Shown here one piece after another: positions 19,867-29,577 of a stretch of 64,000 nt of DNA. Every line of letters begins with the position of its first letter. The stretch's first letter is position 1. A program made the position numbers and the translations under genes. The notes beneath the pieces were generated by a model. That model saw only the letters and a list, made by a program, of their open reading frames with translations, ran no database searches and had not been told where the DNA came from. Origin of the DNA: a virus; IMG/VR virus record IMGVR_UViG_3300031963_014654, positions 6,502 to 70,501 of that record; one strand, 5' to 3'.

Positions 19867-20052
19867 TTACTTTTTTTTAGCAACCTTTGCTGGTGCTTTT
19901 TTTGCTGCTTTTTTTGGTGCTGCTTTTACAACTTCCTTTTTAACAGCTTTTTTTGGAGCTACTTTTTTCACTACTTTTTTTGGAGCTACTTTTTTTGCTT
20001 CTGCTTTTTTAGCAACCTTTGCAGGTGCTTTTTTTGCTACTTTTTTGGCCAT
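19867..20052 (-). CDS. Histone H1-like Lys/Ala/Pro-rich DNA-binding protein (61 aa)
   Basis: MAKKVAKKAPAKVAKK..; ATG at 20052 is downstream of the promoter, so the track's longer start is unlikely. Confidence 0.8.
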   Translation of the reverse strand: MAKKVAKKAPAKVAKKAEAKKVAPKKVVKKVAPKKAVKKEVVKAAPKKAAKKAPAKVAKKK

Positions 20053-20088
20053 GTGTTTAAATTTTTTGGTTATTAAATAATTAGATTG

Positions 20089-20120
20089 CAAATTTATGAA
20101 CTAATTGTTTAATAACCAAA
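20089..20120 (-). promoter_or_regulatory. Bacteroidota-type -33/-7 promoter
   Basis: TTTG-N20-TAAATTTG, perfect consensus. Confidence 0.75.
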
Positions 20121-20137
20121 TTTTTAAGGCACAATTT

Positions 20138-20467
20138 TTATTTTGTAGTTTTCCATTCTGGAATTGTGCCTAATTGTTTGTATTGAAAATCAATTTTTTC
20201 TAAAACTTCGTCAGTAGGCTTTAATGATAACGCGTGCCCTGGACAACCTTTTTGATAGCAAAAACGTGTGCAATCGGCATTCATTGGCAATACTCTTTTC
20301 CCTTCATATTGCGCCATTAAAAATATTTGCTTTGCTTTTTCGGGGGCCATTGGTGTTCCATCGCTTTCCGAACAAAAACGTATTTTTTTGCGTGTGAATT
20401 GGGCAAGCACCCCACCTACACTTATTGACATGTGGTGCTTTACTGATTTATTATAGTGCTTTTTCAT
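20138..20467 (-). CDS. Hypothetical protein
   Basis: 109 aa; C..FCYQKGCPGH motif. Confidence 0.6.
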   Translation of the reverse strand: MKKHYNKSVKHHMSISVGGVLAQFTRKKIRFCSESDGTPMAPEKAKQIFLMAQYEGKRVLPMNADCTRFCYQKGCPGHALSLKPTDEVLEKIDFQYKQLGTIPEWKTTK

Positions 20468-21027
20468 TACTTTTTAGAAATTGCTTTTAAGTATTTTTTA
20501 GCCTTTGTTGTTGGTTTCCACTTTTGGATACGGCTTTCGCCTGTGGTGCATTGCAGCAAACCTAATGCAACTAAACGGTTGAATGTATAATTATCCAATT
20601 GCTGTTGTTTATCTTTTTGCCAATTGATATGCAATGCTTTTCCAACTTTTACAATGTAACCTGCATGCGCACGCTTTAAAACAGTAATTTCGGGTGGTGA
20701 AAGGAATTGTTTTTTAAGTGTTTCGGCTCCATTTCGAAGCTCGCGGTACTCAAAAATGTGTTGGTATTTTTTGTTTTTAGATGCAAATTTGCGTGCATAA
20801 CGGCTGGTGAATGCATCGTTTATTTTCCATTTTGGATCTGTTGTTTGGATGCTTACATACCAACGGATGTAGCCAATTAATTGTTTTGCACTAATTTTTG
20901 TGCGCCCAAGCTGGATTGCTCTGAATACTTCTGATTCAAATTTTTTCCATACTAATGGATTTTTTTTGTCAAATTCGGAAAATGCAGCATCTATGCTTTT
21001 ATTGCGGTCTGATTGAAATGTTCCCAT
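20467..21027 (-). CDS. Hypothetical phage DNA-binding-like protein
   Basis: F..KNP.VW..F and KINDAFTSRYARKF resemble a recurrent phage family. Confidence 0.6.
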   Translation of the reverse strand: MGTFQSDRNKSIDAAFSEFDKKNPLVWKKFESEVFRAIQLGRTKISAKQLIGYIRWYVSIQTTDPKWKINDAFTSRYARKFASKNKKYQHIFEYRELRNGAETLKKQFLSPPEITVLKRAHAGYIVKVGKALHINWQKDKQQQLDNYTFNRLVALGLLQCTTGESRIQKWKPTTKAKKYLKAISKK

Positions 21028-21087
21028 TTTTTTGTTGTTTTTTTGGTTTATGATTTATTGAATATGAAAGTTATTGATAGTAAAGAT

Positions 21088-21429
21088 TTAAACGCTACCT
21101 GGCTGTGTGTTGTCTGTTGGTTTTTTATATTGTTCAATTACCTTATTTAAACTTCCACTCATTTGAGCAAATATTTGAAGTTCGGAAGCAACTTTTTGCA
21201 AGTCTGAAATCATTTCATTGATTGCGTCTAAAGTTGCAAAGCATCTGTATTCGCTTAGCTCTCTGTCTTTCTCAATAAACGATTCTGTTTTTACTTTTTT
21301 AATTTTATAAACAGGTTCTTGGGTAAGCAATATTATTTCCACTTGTGGTGTTAATAATAGGTTTTCATAATTAACACTCATTGTGCAATTGCTTCTTACT
21401 TGTATCAAATGTTTTTTTGTTGATGCCAT
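21088..21429 (-). CDS. Hypothetical protein
   Basis: 113-aa ORF with A-rich leader. Confidence 0.6.
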   Translation of the reverse strand: MASTKKHLIQVRSNCTMSVNYENLLLTPQVEIILLTQEPVYKIKKVKTESFIEKDRELSEYRCFATLDAINEMISDLQKVASELQIFAQMSGSLNKVIEQYKKPTDNTQPGSV

Positions 21430-21441
21430 TTTTTTGTTGTT

Positions 21442-21972
21442 TTAATTTGTAATTTGTTTTCTATAACTTTCGCTTTTTATTTTTGATGCCATTGCGTTGG
21501 CTCTTAACCACAACTCATGATCTTCTTTACTTAGCTCATTTGTGCTTTTGGCTCCATGTGATACAAGCAAATCATTTGCTTTACAAAATGCCACAAAAAA
21601 AATTTTAAGCTCCTGCTTATACAATTTTTGGTAAATATTGAGCATTGAATCAATTTCTACGTATTCGGCAACTGTACACGTAATCATATAATTACCTTGT
21701 AATCCCAAATCTTTTACTTTTTTTGCAGGAAATGGCCCATATTTTTTAATTTCATGGTTTACTCTTGCCACAACTTGCCCCCACAAACGTTCTTCTTCTT
21801 TTTTTAAAGTAAAAAAATAATCAATTGTTTGTTCTCCCTCAATATCTTCAATTTTCAAATTGTGCTTTTTAAGTAAATCATTAAGCATTTTTTCGGCATT
21901 AACTTTTTCGCCACCAACTCCTTTTTCGGAAAGTGCTTTAAGTTTTTTAGCTAATTCAATGTATTTGCTCAT
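21442..21972 (-). CDS. DUF2786-like protein
   Basis: KKLKALSE..GGEKVNAEKMLNDLLKKHNL. Confidence 0.6.
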   Translation of the reverse strand: MSKYIELAKKLKALSEKGVGGEKVNAEKMLNDLLKKHNLKIEDIEGEQTIDYFFTLKKEEERLWGQVVARVNHEIKKYGPFPAKKVKDLGLQGNYMITCTVAEYVEIDSMLNIYQKLYKQELKIFFVAFCKANDLLVSHGAKSTNELSKEDHELWLRANAMASKIKSESYRKQITN

Positions 21973-21995
21973 TTATGGTTTTTTATAAAATAAAT

Positions 21996-22382
21996 TTATT
22001 GAAGTAAATAATTAGCATAGGCTATTTGGTATCCTGTTCCTGATTGAAAATCGTGCGAAACTGTGGCCCCATTAACCTGTATTTGTGCATTAATTGCTGC
22101 ATACGGTATTGTTATATTGCAACTTACTGATATTGCAGGACGATCACCGCTTTCCATGGTGCAAACCAAATCGAATTTATCAACAAATGTTAATGTATCT
22201 GAAACATTGTGCCCTGCAAATGTGTAATTGATAATTTTTACTTGTCCGGATGGTGGCAAATCGCAATGGTAAGTTACCGTGTATTGCGTTTTTGGCTTTG
22301 CTGGTTCTTCTTTTTTGCATGAAACAAGTAATATTGTTGAAAAAAATGCAAATAGACTGAATTTTCTGAATAGCTTTTTCAT
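21996..22382 (-). CDS. Lipoprotein
   Basis: Signal peptide ending LLVS-C followed by KKEE, typical of Bacteroidota lipoproteins. Confidence 0.75.
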   Translation of the reverse strand: MKKLFRKFSLFAFFSTILLVSCKKEEPAKPKTQYTVTYHCDLPPSGQVKIINYTFAGHNVSDTLTFVDKFDLVCTMESGDRPAISVSCNITIPYAAINAQIQVNGATVSHDFQSGTGYQIAYANYLLQ

Positions 22383-22394
22383 ATTGAATGGGTT

Positions 22395-22841
22395 TTATTG
22401 GTTTAACTTTTTTTGATCTGCAATGTATTCTTCATCTACAGGTTCCCAATTTACAATTCTATCGGGAAAGTACTTTTTAATGGTTTTGGTGAATCGTTTT
22501 ATTTCTTTTTTATCATCTATACAATAGAACTCGATTAAAAATGGACCTTCGTGTGGCTCTGGATTATTTATGTTGCGCGGAACATAGTGCCAAAGTCCTT
22601 TTTTTACTTCGTAGCAATCCTGTATTTTGTTTACAATTGCTACTGCTTGCGTTGTAAATAAAAATGCTACATGCTTAAATGGTGATAAATCTACTTTTAC
22701 TCGTTCCTCGGTAACTCCGTATGTAATTTCCTCCACCACTTTTACTTCCTGACGCATTCCATTGGTTTCGGTAACGCCTTCTTTTAATTCGCCTATTGGT
22801 ATGTTTAATTTTGGGATTTCGGATGTGTTTTCTGTATTCAT
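22395..22841 (-). CDS. Hypothetical protein
   Basis: Likely start MNTENT at 22841, which avoids the overlap. Confidence 0.6.
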   Translation of the reverse strand: MNTENTSEIPKLNIPIGELKEGVTETNGMRQEVKVVEEITYGVTEERVKVDLSPFKHVAFLFTTQAVAIVNKIQDCYEVKKGLWHYVPRNINNPEPHEGPFLIEFYCIDDKKEIKRFTKTIKKYFPDRIVNWEPVDEEYIADQKKLNQ

Positions 22842-22849
22842 TGTGATTT

Positions 22850-23149
22850 TTATTTTGCTTGGTGTATAATTTTGAAGTTTAATCCTTTTGCAAGTGTATA
22901 TTCTACAATTGCACCTTTTGACTGTTGCCAATTATTGAGCATGTAAATTGAATCGCAATTTAACATTTCTTTTAAATCGGCACGCATGTAATTTTCCCAT
23001 GATTTATCGTGATCGTGATTTATTTTCATTGGATTAACTGTTTCGCAACCTGGATACATTCCCTTTAATTGTGTTTCGGCCAACTTGAATAAACCTTCGG
23101 CTTGTGGATGTGTTAGCCCTGTAATTTTACCTGATATGTATATTTTCAT
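22850..23149 (-). CDS. DUF4406-family protein (nucleoside deoxyribosyltransferase-like)
   Basis: MKIYISGKITG..VNP..WENYM..CDSIYML..WQQSKGA..E. Confidence 0.8.
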   Translation of the reverse strand: MKIYISGKITGLTHPQAEGLFKLAETQLKGMYPGCETVNPMKINHDHDKSWENYMRADLKEMLNCDSIYMLNNWQQSKGAIVEYTLAKGLNFKIIHQAK

Positions 23150-23153
23150 AAGA

Positions 23154-23294
23154 TTAATTTTTGAATTGTTTTTTTGCTAATGCTGCTGCAATTTTGAATT
23201 GCTGCAATCTGTTTATTTGTAAATTGTTTTGGGCTGCAACTAATTTAATTAGTGGCAATACTTTTGATACTTTTTGTTTTCCGAATGATTCCAT
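23154..23294 (-). CDS. 46-aa hypothetical protein (not in track)
   Basis: MESFGKQKVSKVLPLIKLVAAQNN.. immediately downstream of promoter 23318-23349. Confidence 0.5.
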   Translation of the reverse strand: MESFGKQKVSKVLPLIKLVAAQNNLQINRLQQFKIAAALAKKQFKN

Positions 23295-23317
23295 TTTTTT
23301 AATTTTTGATTACGGTG

Positions 23318-23349
23318 CTAAACTACTTTGCTTTTTTGTGTTTTGCAAA
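23318..23349 (-). promoter_or_regulatory. Bacteroidota-type -33/-7 promoter
   Basis: TTTG-N20-TAGTTTAG. Confidence 0.6.
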
Positions 23350-23403
23350 TTTATTTTTGCTTTTTTTCTTATTATTTTGCTAACTTATTGATTTTCAATC
23401 TTA

Positions 23404-24606
23404 TTATTTTTTTGGGTTTTCCAAAACTTTAGGAAAAATATCTACTAATAAATCGGTATTTGTATGCCAAGTGTATAGTTGTTGGACCGCTAAATTTGCT
23501 CCTTCCGCCATCTTTTTACGTGCTCCTTCATTGCTGATCATAAACTCTATTTTTGCAATCCAATCGTCTGGATTGTTGTTGCATTTTACTGCAGGTATTT
23601 TACCTGGTGCATATATTGTTTCGCCTTGTTTTGCAATAATATCGGTATATGGTTTTACATTACTTACAATGGCAGGAATACCCAATTGCGCATATTGCAA
23701 TAGTTTGTGATGACTTTTGCATCGGTTAAATTCATTGTCGAGCAATGGCATTAATACAAAATCTAATCGCAAATTTGCTAATGTTTTGAAATATTGCTGA
23801 ATGCCTACTGTTTTTACATGCTTAAATTTTACGCCTTGGAGTGCATTTACTTTGGCTTTTACTCCATCCCAACCAAATAGCACAAATTCTACTTTATCGG
23901 AATGCTTTTTAAGTATTTCCAACATTACTTTGCGCATTGGAGCAAGGTCCAAAAATTGTGTTGGGTTAAGTTGCATTCCTATTTGTAGCTTTTGCGGCTT
24001 TGGTTCTGTAATTTTTACACCATCGGCAACATAATAATCGTTGCTCATAAGATTTGGAAGGAATTGAAATTGTGGCAATTCATAACCATTTTGGGTTAAA
24101 AGGTTTGCATAATAATCAATAAGCTCCACGCTTGGGCTGGTAACAATATCAACTGCTGCTAGGTTTATTAGTAATTGTGATCGTCTTTTTTCGGCTGCTT
24201 GTGCATTTTCGCCATGCATTGAAATATGATAATTATCATCTATATGCATTCCAAACTTTAGGTTTGGCTTTTTGTTTGTTTCTTTTATGGCTTTAATATC
24301 GGCTGGTAAATCATGGAATGATGTATTGAACATGATGTAATCGGCCCACATAAGGATTGAATCGTTTATTTGAACATCGAATCCGTTGGATTGCTTTTGC
24401 GGAGTAGGTTCCTCTATTTGGTTTACAATTGCTTGGTGAGTGCTCGTTTTGTTTAATTCCATGGCAGGAATGATGCTTGAATACAAGCCTGTTCCATTGG
24501 CATAACATGCAATGAATAATACATGCACTTTTGATGGATCGGGATTAAGTACTTGTGCGTAACGGATTGCGTAATCCTCGTTTTGTAGGTTGAAAATTTG
24601 GTTCAT
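23404..24606 (-). CDS. Glycosyltransferase (GT-B, GT4-like)
   Basis: IDDNY, PL.DNEFNRCKS..KLLQY..LGIPAIVS.V.PY. Confidence 0.8.
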   Translation of the reverse strand: MNQIFNLQNEDYAIRYAQVLNPDPSKVHVLFIACYANGTGLYSSIIPAMELNKTSTHQAIVNQIEEPTPQKQSNGFDVQINDSILMWADYIMFNTSFHDLPADIKAIKETNKKPNLKFGMHIDDNYHISMHGENAQAAEKRRSQLLINLAAVDIVTSPSVELIDYYANLLTQNGYELPQFQFLPNLMSNDYYVADGVKITEPKPQKLQIGMQLNPTQFLDLAPMRKVMLEILKKHSDKVEFVLFGWDGVKAKVNALQGVKFKHVKTVGIQQYFKTLANLRLDFVLMPLLDNEFNRCKSHHKLLQYAQLGIPAIVSNVKPYTDIIAKQGETIYAPGKIPAVKCNNNPDDWIAKIEFMISNEGARKKMAEGANLAVQQLYTWHTNTDLLVDIFPKVLENPKK

Positions 24607-24611
24607 GTTAT

Positions 24612-25031
24612 TTATTTTAGTTTAACGGCTTGTTCTTTAATAGTTTTGGATGTGGTTACTTTTACAAATTCAATATCTTTTTTAATATCAAAATATTCAG
24701 ATGCACCATGCCCTAATGTTATTTGTGGGTGAAAATGAGTGCTAATATTCTTTTTGTTTAAGCGATTAAATTCTTTTTCGGTAAATCGCTCAATTAAAAC
24801 ACCTTTGCTATAAACCGTTTTGGCATAGTGAGTTCTGGTAACATTTCTACTTAAACGAGCTTCGTAGTGTACGATTTCGGATTGTTTTTCGGTAATATCT
24901 TTTTCGGGTTGCAGCAATTTGATTGCTTCGTTTACTTTATCTTTCCAGCAACCTTGGCAATGTGGTCCATCGCACTCTTGATTTTTAGGCAAAAGTGCCT
25001 CTTTTAGAATATCGATTATTTTACTGTTCAT
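24612..25031 (-). CDS. Hypothetical protein
   Basis: 139-aa coupled ORF. Confidence 0.55.
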   Translation of the reverse strand: MNSKIIDILKEALLPKNQECDGPHCQGCWKDKVNEAIKLLQPEKDITEKQSEIVHYEARLSRNVTRTHYAKTVYSKGVLIERFTEKEFNRLNKKNISTHFHPQITLGHGASEYFDIKKDIEFVKVTTSKTIKEQAVKLK

Positions 25032-25198
25032 TTTTTTATTTCTATTTTTAGTGATTGTGCGTTATCTTCGATATATGCTTTAATTTCGGGTGAGCATTTA
25101 TTGTTTTCGTACAACCATTTTAAATAATGATCCGGTACGTTTGCCATTTTTTTTCCTTTATGAGCACCCCAAGGCATTATTGTTTCGTCTGTTACCAT
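25028..25198 (-). CDS. 56-aa DUF3820-like protein (not in track)
   Basis: MVTDETIMPWGAHKGKKMANVPDHYLKWLYEN matches the MPFGK.KG..vP..YL.W motif; ATGA overlap with the next gene. Confidence 0.7.
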   Translation of the reverse strand: MVTDETIMPWGAHKGKKMANVPDHYLKWLYENNKCSPEIKAYIEDNAQSLKIEIKK

Positions 25199-25199
25199 G

Positions 25200-25637
25200 T
25201 TAATTATTTATTTTGTTTACTTTATCGTGGAGAATTTCCAGAAAATCGTGGCTAACTTCAAATATTCTAGTATCTGGATCATTATCAATTTCTTCGGCAA
25301 TCCATTGCGTTAATTCCTGGTGGAGTAACAACATGTTTTCTGTTTTGGTTTGCTTTTCCTGTAATTGAACTATTTGATTCCTTAAACCTTGGTTTACTTC
25401 TTCTTTATCGATTAAATTGTTTTGTAGCCTATCGCGTTGTTCCTCTGCTACAACAACTTCGCTTTTTAAATTTTCGCATTCAGTAACAAGCATATCGTTA
25501 TAATTTTCTTGCAAAATCAATTGATTAAGCAATACGGTTATTTCGCTTGTTTCAAATTCGAGTGGTCCATCTCCAAAATCAGCAATTTTATTTTTGATTT
25601 TTTCAAGTGTTTCTTCAGTTTTTAGTTCGTTAGCCAT
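25200..25637 (-). CDS. Coiled-coil hypothetical protein
   Basis: 145 aa, heptad-like. Confidence 0.6.
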   Translation of the reverse strand: MANELKTEETLEKIKNKIADFGDGPLEFETSEITVLLNQLILQENYNDMLVTECENLKSEVVVAEEQRDRLQNNLIDKEEVNQGLRNQIVQLQEKQTKTENMLLLHQELTQWIAEEIDNDPDTRIFEVSHDFLEILHDKVNKINN

Positions 25638-25833
25638 TTTTTTTAAGATTTGTTATTTTCAAATTACACTTGCCACCACAATCATCGCTTATGGAGCTGT
25701 GGTGTACTGCATGTTTTGATTTTAGTTTTAATTCTACTGCTTTTTTTGCTTCTGCTTTGTTTCGAGCATAGGTTGTTGTGCATCCAAAAAAATGCTTACA
25801 ACTATAATCGCATGAAAATTTTAAATTGTCCAT
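25630..25833 (-). CDS. Small Cys-containing hypothetical protein
   Basis: 67-aa coupled ORF. Confidence 0.5.
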   Translation of the reverse strand: MDNLKFSCDYSCKHFFGCTTTYARNKAEAKKAVELKLKSKHAVHHSSISDDCGGKCNLKITNLKKNG

Positions 25834-25846
25834 TTTTTTGTTATTT

Positions 25847-26686
25847 CTAAATTTTAATCCAATCTGCAGGAATTAAATCCTGTGTATTGTAATGGTTTAA
25901 TTGTGGTCCGAACCATTGGTTTGGTGCAATTGTGATTCCGTATTGGTTATCAAAAAACATGTTTTTGGCAAGCCATGCAGCCCACCAACTAAAACTACTG
26001 TTTGCAATAATGTGGCTTTTGCATTGGGCCATTAAAAACAAATCCACAATATCGGAGTTTCCAGATACAAAATGGAGCTTGCAAATATCGTCCGGAACGG
26101 TTATGTTTTGTTTGCACCATTCAATATCATCTGAAAATACAATAAAATTAACCATTGACTTTACAGGAAATTCAAAATCTTTATAACTTAATAGTTTTAT
26201 GATTGCTCTATTGTAATAATCGGTTTCGGATAATGGTGGATGGCAATCTGGCTTTTGCAAATAATCGCCTCTACGAACATGAATTGCTACGGTATTTTGT
26301 AAATTCAAAAATTCGGCTCCTGCATTTCGAACAACACGCAAAAATTCGTTTTTTGGCATAAAGTGCCTGATAATCAAATCTTTGTTTTGAACAAAATACT
26401 TTTCTGACTGAAAAAAGCCATGCAAAATTGCATTTTTTTCCAATGGTAATGGTTTGTATTCGAATTGCAGGGCAAGTAATGGGTTATGCATTATGCCATT
26501 AAATTTGCAATCGTATGTTGTATCCAAATTATCATCAATTGGATTGATAAAGTATTTATTGTATTCCCATGTGGTAAATTGGGCTGCATCGTTTACATTG
26601 GCTGCATGTGATAATGTAGCTGCAATTTGAAACAATTGATTGCCTAACCTACCGGTATTTGGTGGATCAATTTTAAATATTACCAT
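25847..26686 (-). CDS. Alpha-1,2-fucosyltransferase (GT11)
   Basis: GRLGNQLFQ, GFFQSEKYF, IHVRRGDY, FSDD, NSSFSWWAAWL; likely start MVIFKID at 26686. Confidence 0.9.
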   Translation of the reverse strand: MVIFKIDPPNTGRLGNQLFQIAATLSHAANVNDAAQFTTWEYNKYFINPIDDNLDTTYDCKFNGIMHNPLLALQFEYKPLPLEKNAILHGFFQSEKYFVQNKDLIIRHFMPKNEFLRVVRNAGAEFLNLQNTVAIHVRRGDYLQKPDCHPPLSETDYYNRAIIKLLSYKDFEFPVKSMVNFIVFSDDIEWCKQNITVPDDICKLHFVSGNSDIVDLFLMAQCKSHIIANSSFSWWAAWLAKNMFFDNQYGITIAPNQWFGPQLNHYNTQDLIPADWIKI

Positions 26687-26996
26687 CGTAACCTGCTTTT
26701 GGTGGTGTATTATCTGATACTTCTTTTTGGATGTTTTCGGGATTACCGATAATGGTATTTCCTTCCTGGTCGATAATTTTCCAACCTGCAATTGCACAAA
26801 AACGTGCAAAGTCGCGTGCGCTCATTCCACCATAACCTTTAATTAGGGATGAAATTTTGTCGGCACGAAGGTGCATTTTTTTTAAATGTGGCTCGCGTGG
26901 TTTGTTTTTTATAAAAAATTCGGATACAAACTTTAGAATATCAAATTGCTTAAATATTGGTAGTTTTTCTTCTGGTTTAATTGGCTGTGTGCTCAT
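26673..26996 (-). CDS. Hypothetical protein, possible HTH
   Basis: 107-aa coupled ORF. Confidence 0.55.
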   Translation of the reverse strand: MSTQPIKPEEKLPIFKQFDILKFVSEFFIKNKPREPHLKKMHLRADKISSLIKGYGGMSARDFARFCAIAGWKIIDQEGNTIIGNPENIQKEVSDNTPPKAGYDGNI

Positions 26997-27001
26997 TTTC
27001 T

Positions 27002-27796
27002 TTAGTTTTGTTTTTCTATAAAATGCTTTTTTACTATTTCTAAAATCCCTAAAATTTCTAATGTATTAACAGATTTTTCTGGAACAGAATCGTACTCTAA
27101 TCCTATTTGACCATTATTCATTATAACAGAAAAAGTTACTTTACGAATACCGCTATTCATTTCGGCTTCTTTTTCGGCACGTAATTGTGGTTGATTAAAC
27201 AAGTGGAACAATTTTAGGGATAGTTTTGATATTGCTTTATCTAAATTAAAACCAACATCATTGGCCATTTTGAAGTAAATATCCCAAAATTCTGTGTTAT
27301 TTAATTCAGAAACAAAAACATCGTTTTCGGATTTGTACATTGCAAATTTATGTTCGCAACGCATTTGTTCATTCTGCTTTGTTACATCCGATTCGTTTGG
27401 ATGTAGTTTTTCTTTACCTGCAAGTGAATATTTTACATTTGCAATGCGGTCGCACAATTTAATAATGGTTGCAAATGGATTTATTTTTAATTTTTCGTAG
27501 TATTCTGGTGAAGCTCGTTTACCGGTATGGTTTGTAAGCAACCAAACAAGTTCTGCTACTTGTTTTCCAAATTCGTCCTCCAAAACAGCATTATTGATTT
27601 TTTCATCTTCCATAATATCGTGCAACCATGCTGCAGCAATAACGGCATCTTGATGTTGTTTTGGGATTAAATGAATTACTTCAAGTAATTCATCTATAAC
27701 TATTTTTAGGTGATGTGTGTATGGTTTTGTTCCATACAAGCCTTTATGCTTATCGGCAGCAAATTTTTCGGCTTTTTGAGCGAGTGTAATTTCCAT
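27002..27796 (-). CDS. HD-domain hydrolase (SpoT/Mesh1-like)
   Basis: A..KH.G..KPYTHHL, AAWLHDIMED, IKLCDRIAN. Confidence 0.85.
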   Translation of the reverse strand: MEITLAQKAEKFAADKHKGLYGTKPYTHHLKIVIDELLEVIHLIPKQHQDAVIAAAWLHDIMEDEKINNAVLEDEFGKQVAELVWLLTNHTGKRASPEYYEKLKINPFATIIKLCDRIANVKYSLAGKEKLHPNESDVTKQNEQMRCEHKFAMYKSENDVFVSELNNTEFWDIYFKMANDVGFNLDKAISKLSLKLFHLFNQPQLRAEKEAEMNSGIRKVTFSVIMNNGQIGLEYDSVPEKSVNTLEILGILEIVKKHFIEKQN

Positions 27797-27858
27797 TTTT
27801 TATTGAATTTTAGTTAATTTATTGGCAATATTATACAATAAGTTTGTATTGTGCAAAT

Positions 27859-28494
27859 TTATTTTGTGTTTTTTTTGCTATTAACAAACATTTGTACTAA
27901 TTGTTCCTGTGATTTGTTATCGAATTTTTTTCGAATGTATTCAGCAATAAATGCTTGTACCCTACCTGGAGGATTTCCAAGGCTTATTAATTTGTCGGCT
28001 TGTGTATAAAGTTGTCCGTAGGTTTTGAAATTGTAATTGTTTATATCAAAATCATCTATTGCAGCTTTCTCTTTATCTTTTAATGGGCGAAGTCCAAGTG
28101 CCGGCCTTCCGCCATTAATTGCATCGTAAAAGTTTTGGAGGAATTTACGGATACGCCAATTAATGTTTTTTAGGTAATAATCGGATAACCGGTAATCATT
28201 ATGGTAAAGTGTAATGATTAATGGATCTTCCTGCTTTGATGCAATTGGTGCTTTGCGTTGGTAAATTTCGATGTGTGTTGCTCGGTTTAAATATCCATTT
28301 TTGTAGAGCATTTCGCACTTTGCCATTAATACATCTTCTTTGTCCTTGGCTTCGTCATAGTTTTGAAATTTTGAATAGCCTTGAATTTCCTGTGCATTGT
28401 TTTGTGGATTTTGTGGATCCAAGTAAATTATCCACCAGAAAGTACAGTTTACCTTATCGGCAAGTCCATGAAATTTTTTTCGGTTTTTTTCCAT
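27859..28494 (-). CDS. Hypothetical protein
   Basis: 211-aa ORF after a long intergenic region. Confidence 0.7.
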   Translation of the reverse strand: MEKNRKKFHGLADKVNCTFWWIIYLDPQNPQNNAQEIQGYSKFQNYDEAKDKEDVLMAKCEMLYKNGYLNRATHIEIYQRKAPIASKQEDPLIITLYHNDYRLSDYYLKNINWRIRKFLQNFYDAINGGRPALGLRPLKDKEKAAIDDFDINNYNFKTYGQLYTQADKLISLGNPPGRVQAFIAEYIRKKFDNKSQEQLVQMFVNSKKNTK

Positions 28495-28913
28495 TTTTAG
28501 AGTAGTTTAATTTATTTACAATTTTGTTTGTTTTTGTACAATTCGTTATGAATTTGTACCGTTTTGTTTAATATTCTGCAATTTTTGGCAATATTTTAAA
28601 TATTTGCGTTTTAATTTGTCGGCTTAATTGTTTAATTTTCAATGGTTTAATTGCATAAATTGGACCTTTTGGCGGCTCTCCTAACATTTAGTACATTTAA
28701 GTACTGTGTATTTTTGAACATAGAACATTAGAACATTTTTTACAAAAAGATTTTCGAGGTACACCCCTAACTGTATAACATGGAAATTTGTAAAAAATAA
28801 AATTTAGGCAATAGTTTTTTGGCTCGGTGCAAAAATGTTGTTTTTGCCGAAGGTATGAAAATTAAGACTGCTTATTTGTCGCGAACAACTAAGCCGAATG
28901 GTTTGGTTGTGGC

Positions 28914-29270
28914 TTAGTATTTTTTCATGGGAGTGATTGAGATTAGTTGTTGGTTAATACTTGTATTAAAATGCGACAAAACAGCCATTGTGTGAGGATT
29001 GGATGTTTTATGTTGCGCTAAATATGTTTGAACAGCAAAGCAATCGGCTGTAGATAATTTTAATGAGTATTTTTTACCAGGATTAAGGTAAAATGATTGT
29101 ATTTTGGATTCGATTGATTTATACAAGCCAGCTACAATTGCATAAACGCAATTTAGTGGATCGGTTTGAGTAGTAGGAACAAAATCAATTGCAGGTTGAA
29201 AAACAATACACAATGCTTGCATATCGCTTTCGGTTAGCTTTTTGATTTTTATTTTACTAAGCATTTGCAT
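28914..29270 (-). CDS. Hypothetical protein
   Basis: 118-aa ORF. Confidence 0.55.
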   Translation of the reverse strand: MQMLSKIKIKKLTESDMQALCIVFQPAIDFVPTTQTDPLNCVYAIVAGLYKSIESKIQSFYLNPGKKYSLKLSTADCFAVQTYLAQHKTSNPHTMAVLSHFNTSINQQLISITPMKKY

Positions 29271-29478
29271 CGAAATTTGATATTAATTCAATAAGACTTT
29301 TTGTATCTTCTGGCAATGGCAAATTAGCCATACCTGTTAAACCTTTTAAGGTTTTGATATGTGCATCACCTTTTTTAATAAAGAATTGGATTAATAGAAT
29401 TTGTTGTTTAGATAAACCATGGATAGAAAACTCCTGCTCTCCTTGCTCGTTTTTTGATTTGTCTATATATAGGTTCAT
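29257..29478 (-). CDS. Hypothetical protein
   Basis: 73 aa; variant promoter (CTTG-N20-AATCTTTG) at 29501-29532. Confidence 0.55.
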   Translation of the reverse strand: MNLYIDKSKNEQGEQEFSIHGLSKQQILLIQFFIKKGDAHIKTLKGLTGMANLPLPEDTKSLIELISNFDANA

Positions 29479-29577
29479 ACGCTTAAACTTTATTGGATGG
29501 CAAAGATTGAATTAATTTTTTAGTTGTGCAAGATATTTTTAAAATTTATTTTATTTAAGTTATTAACATGGTATTGC

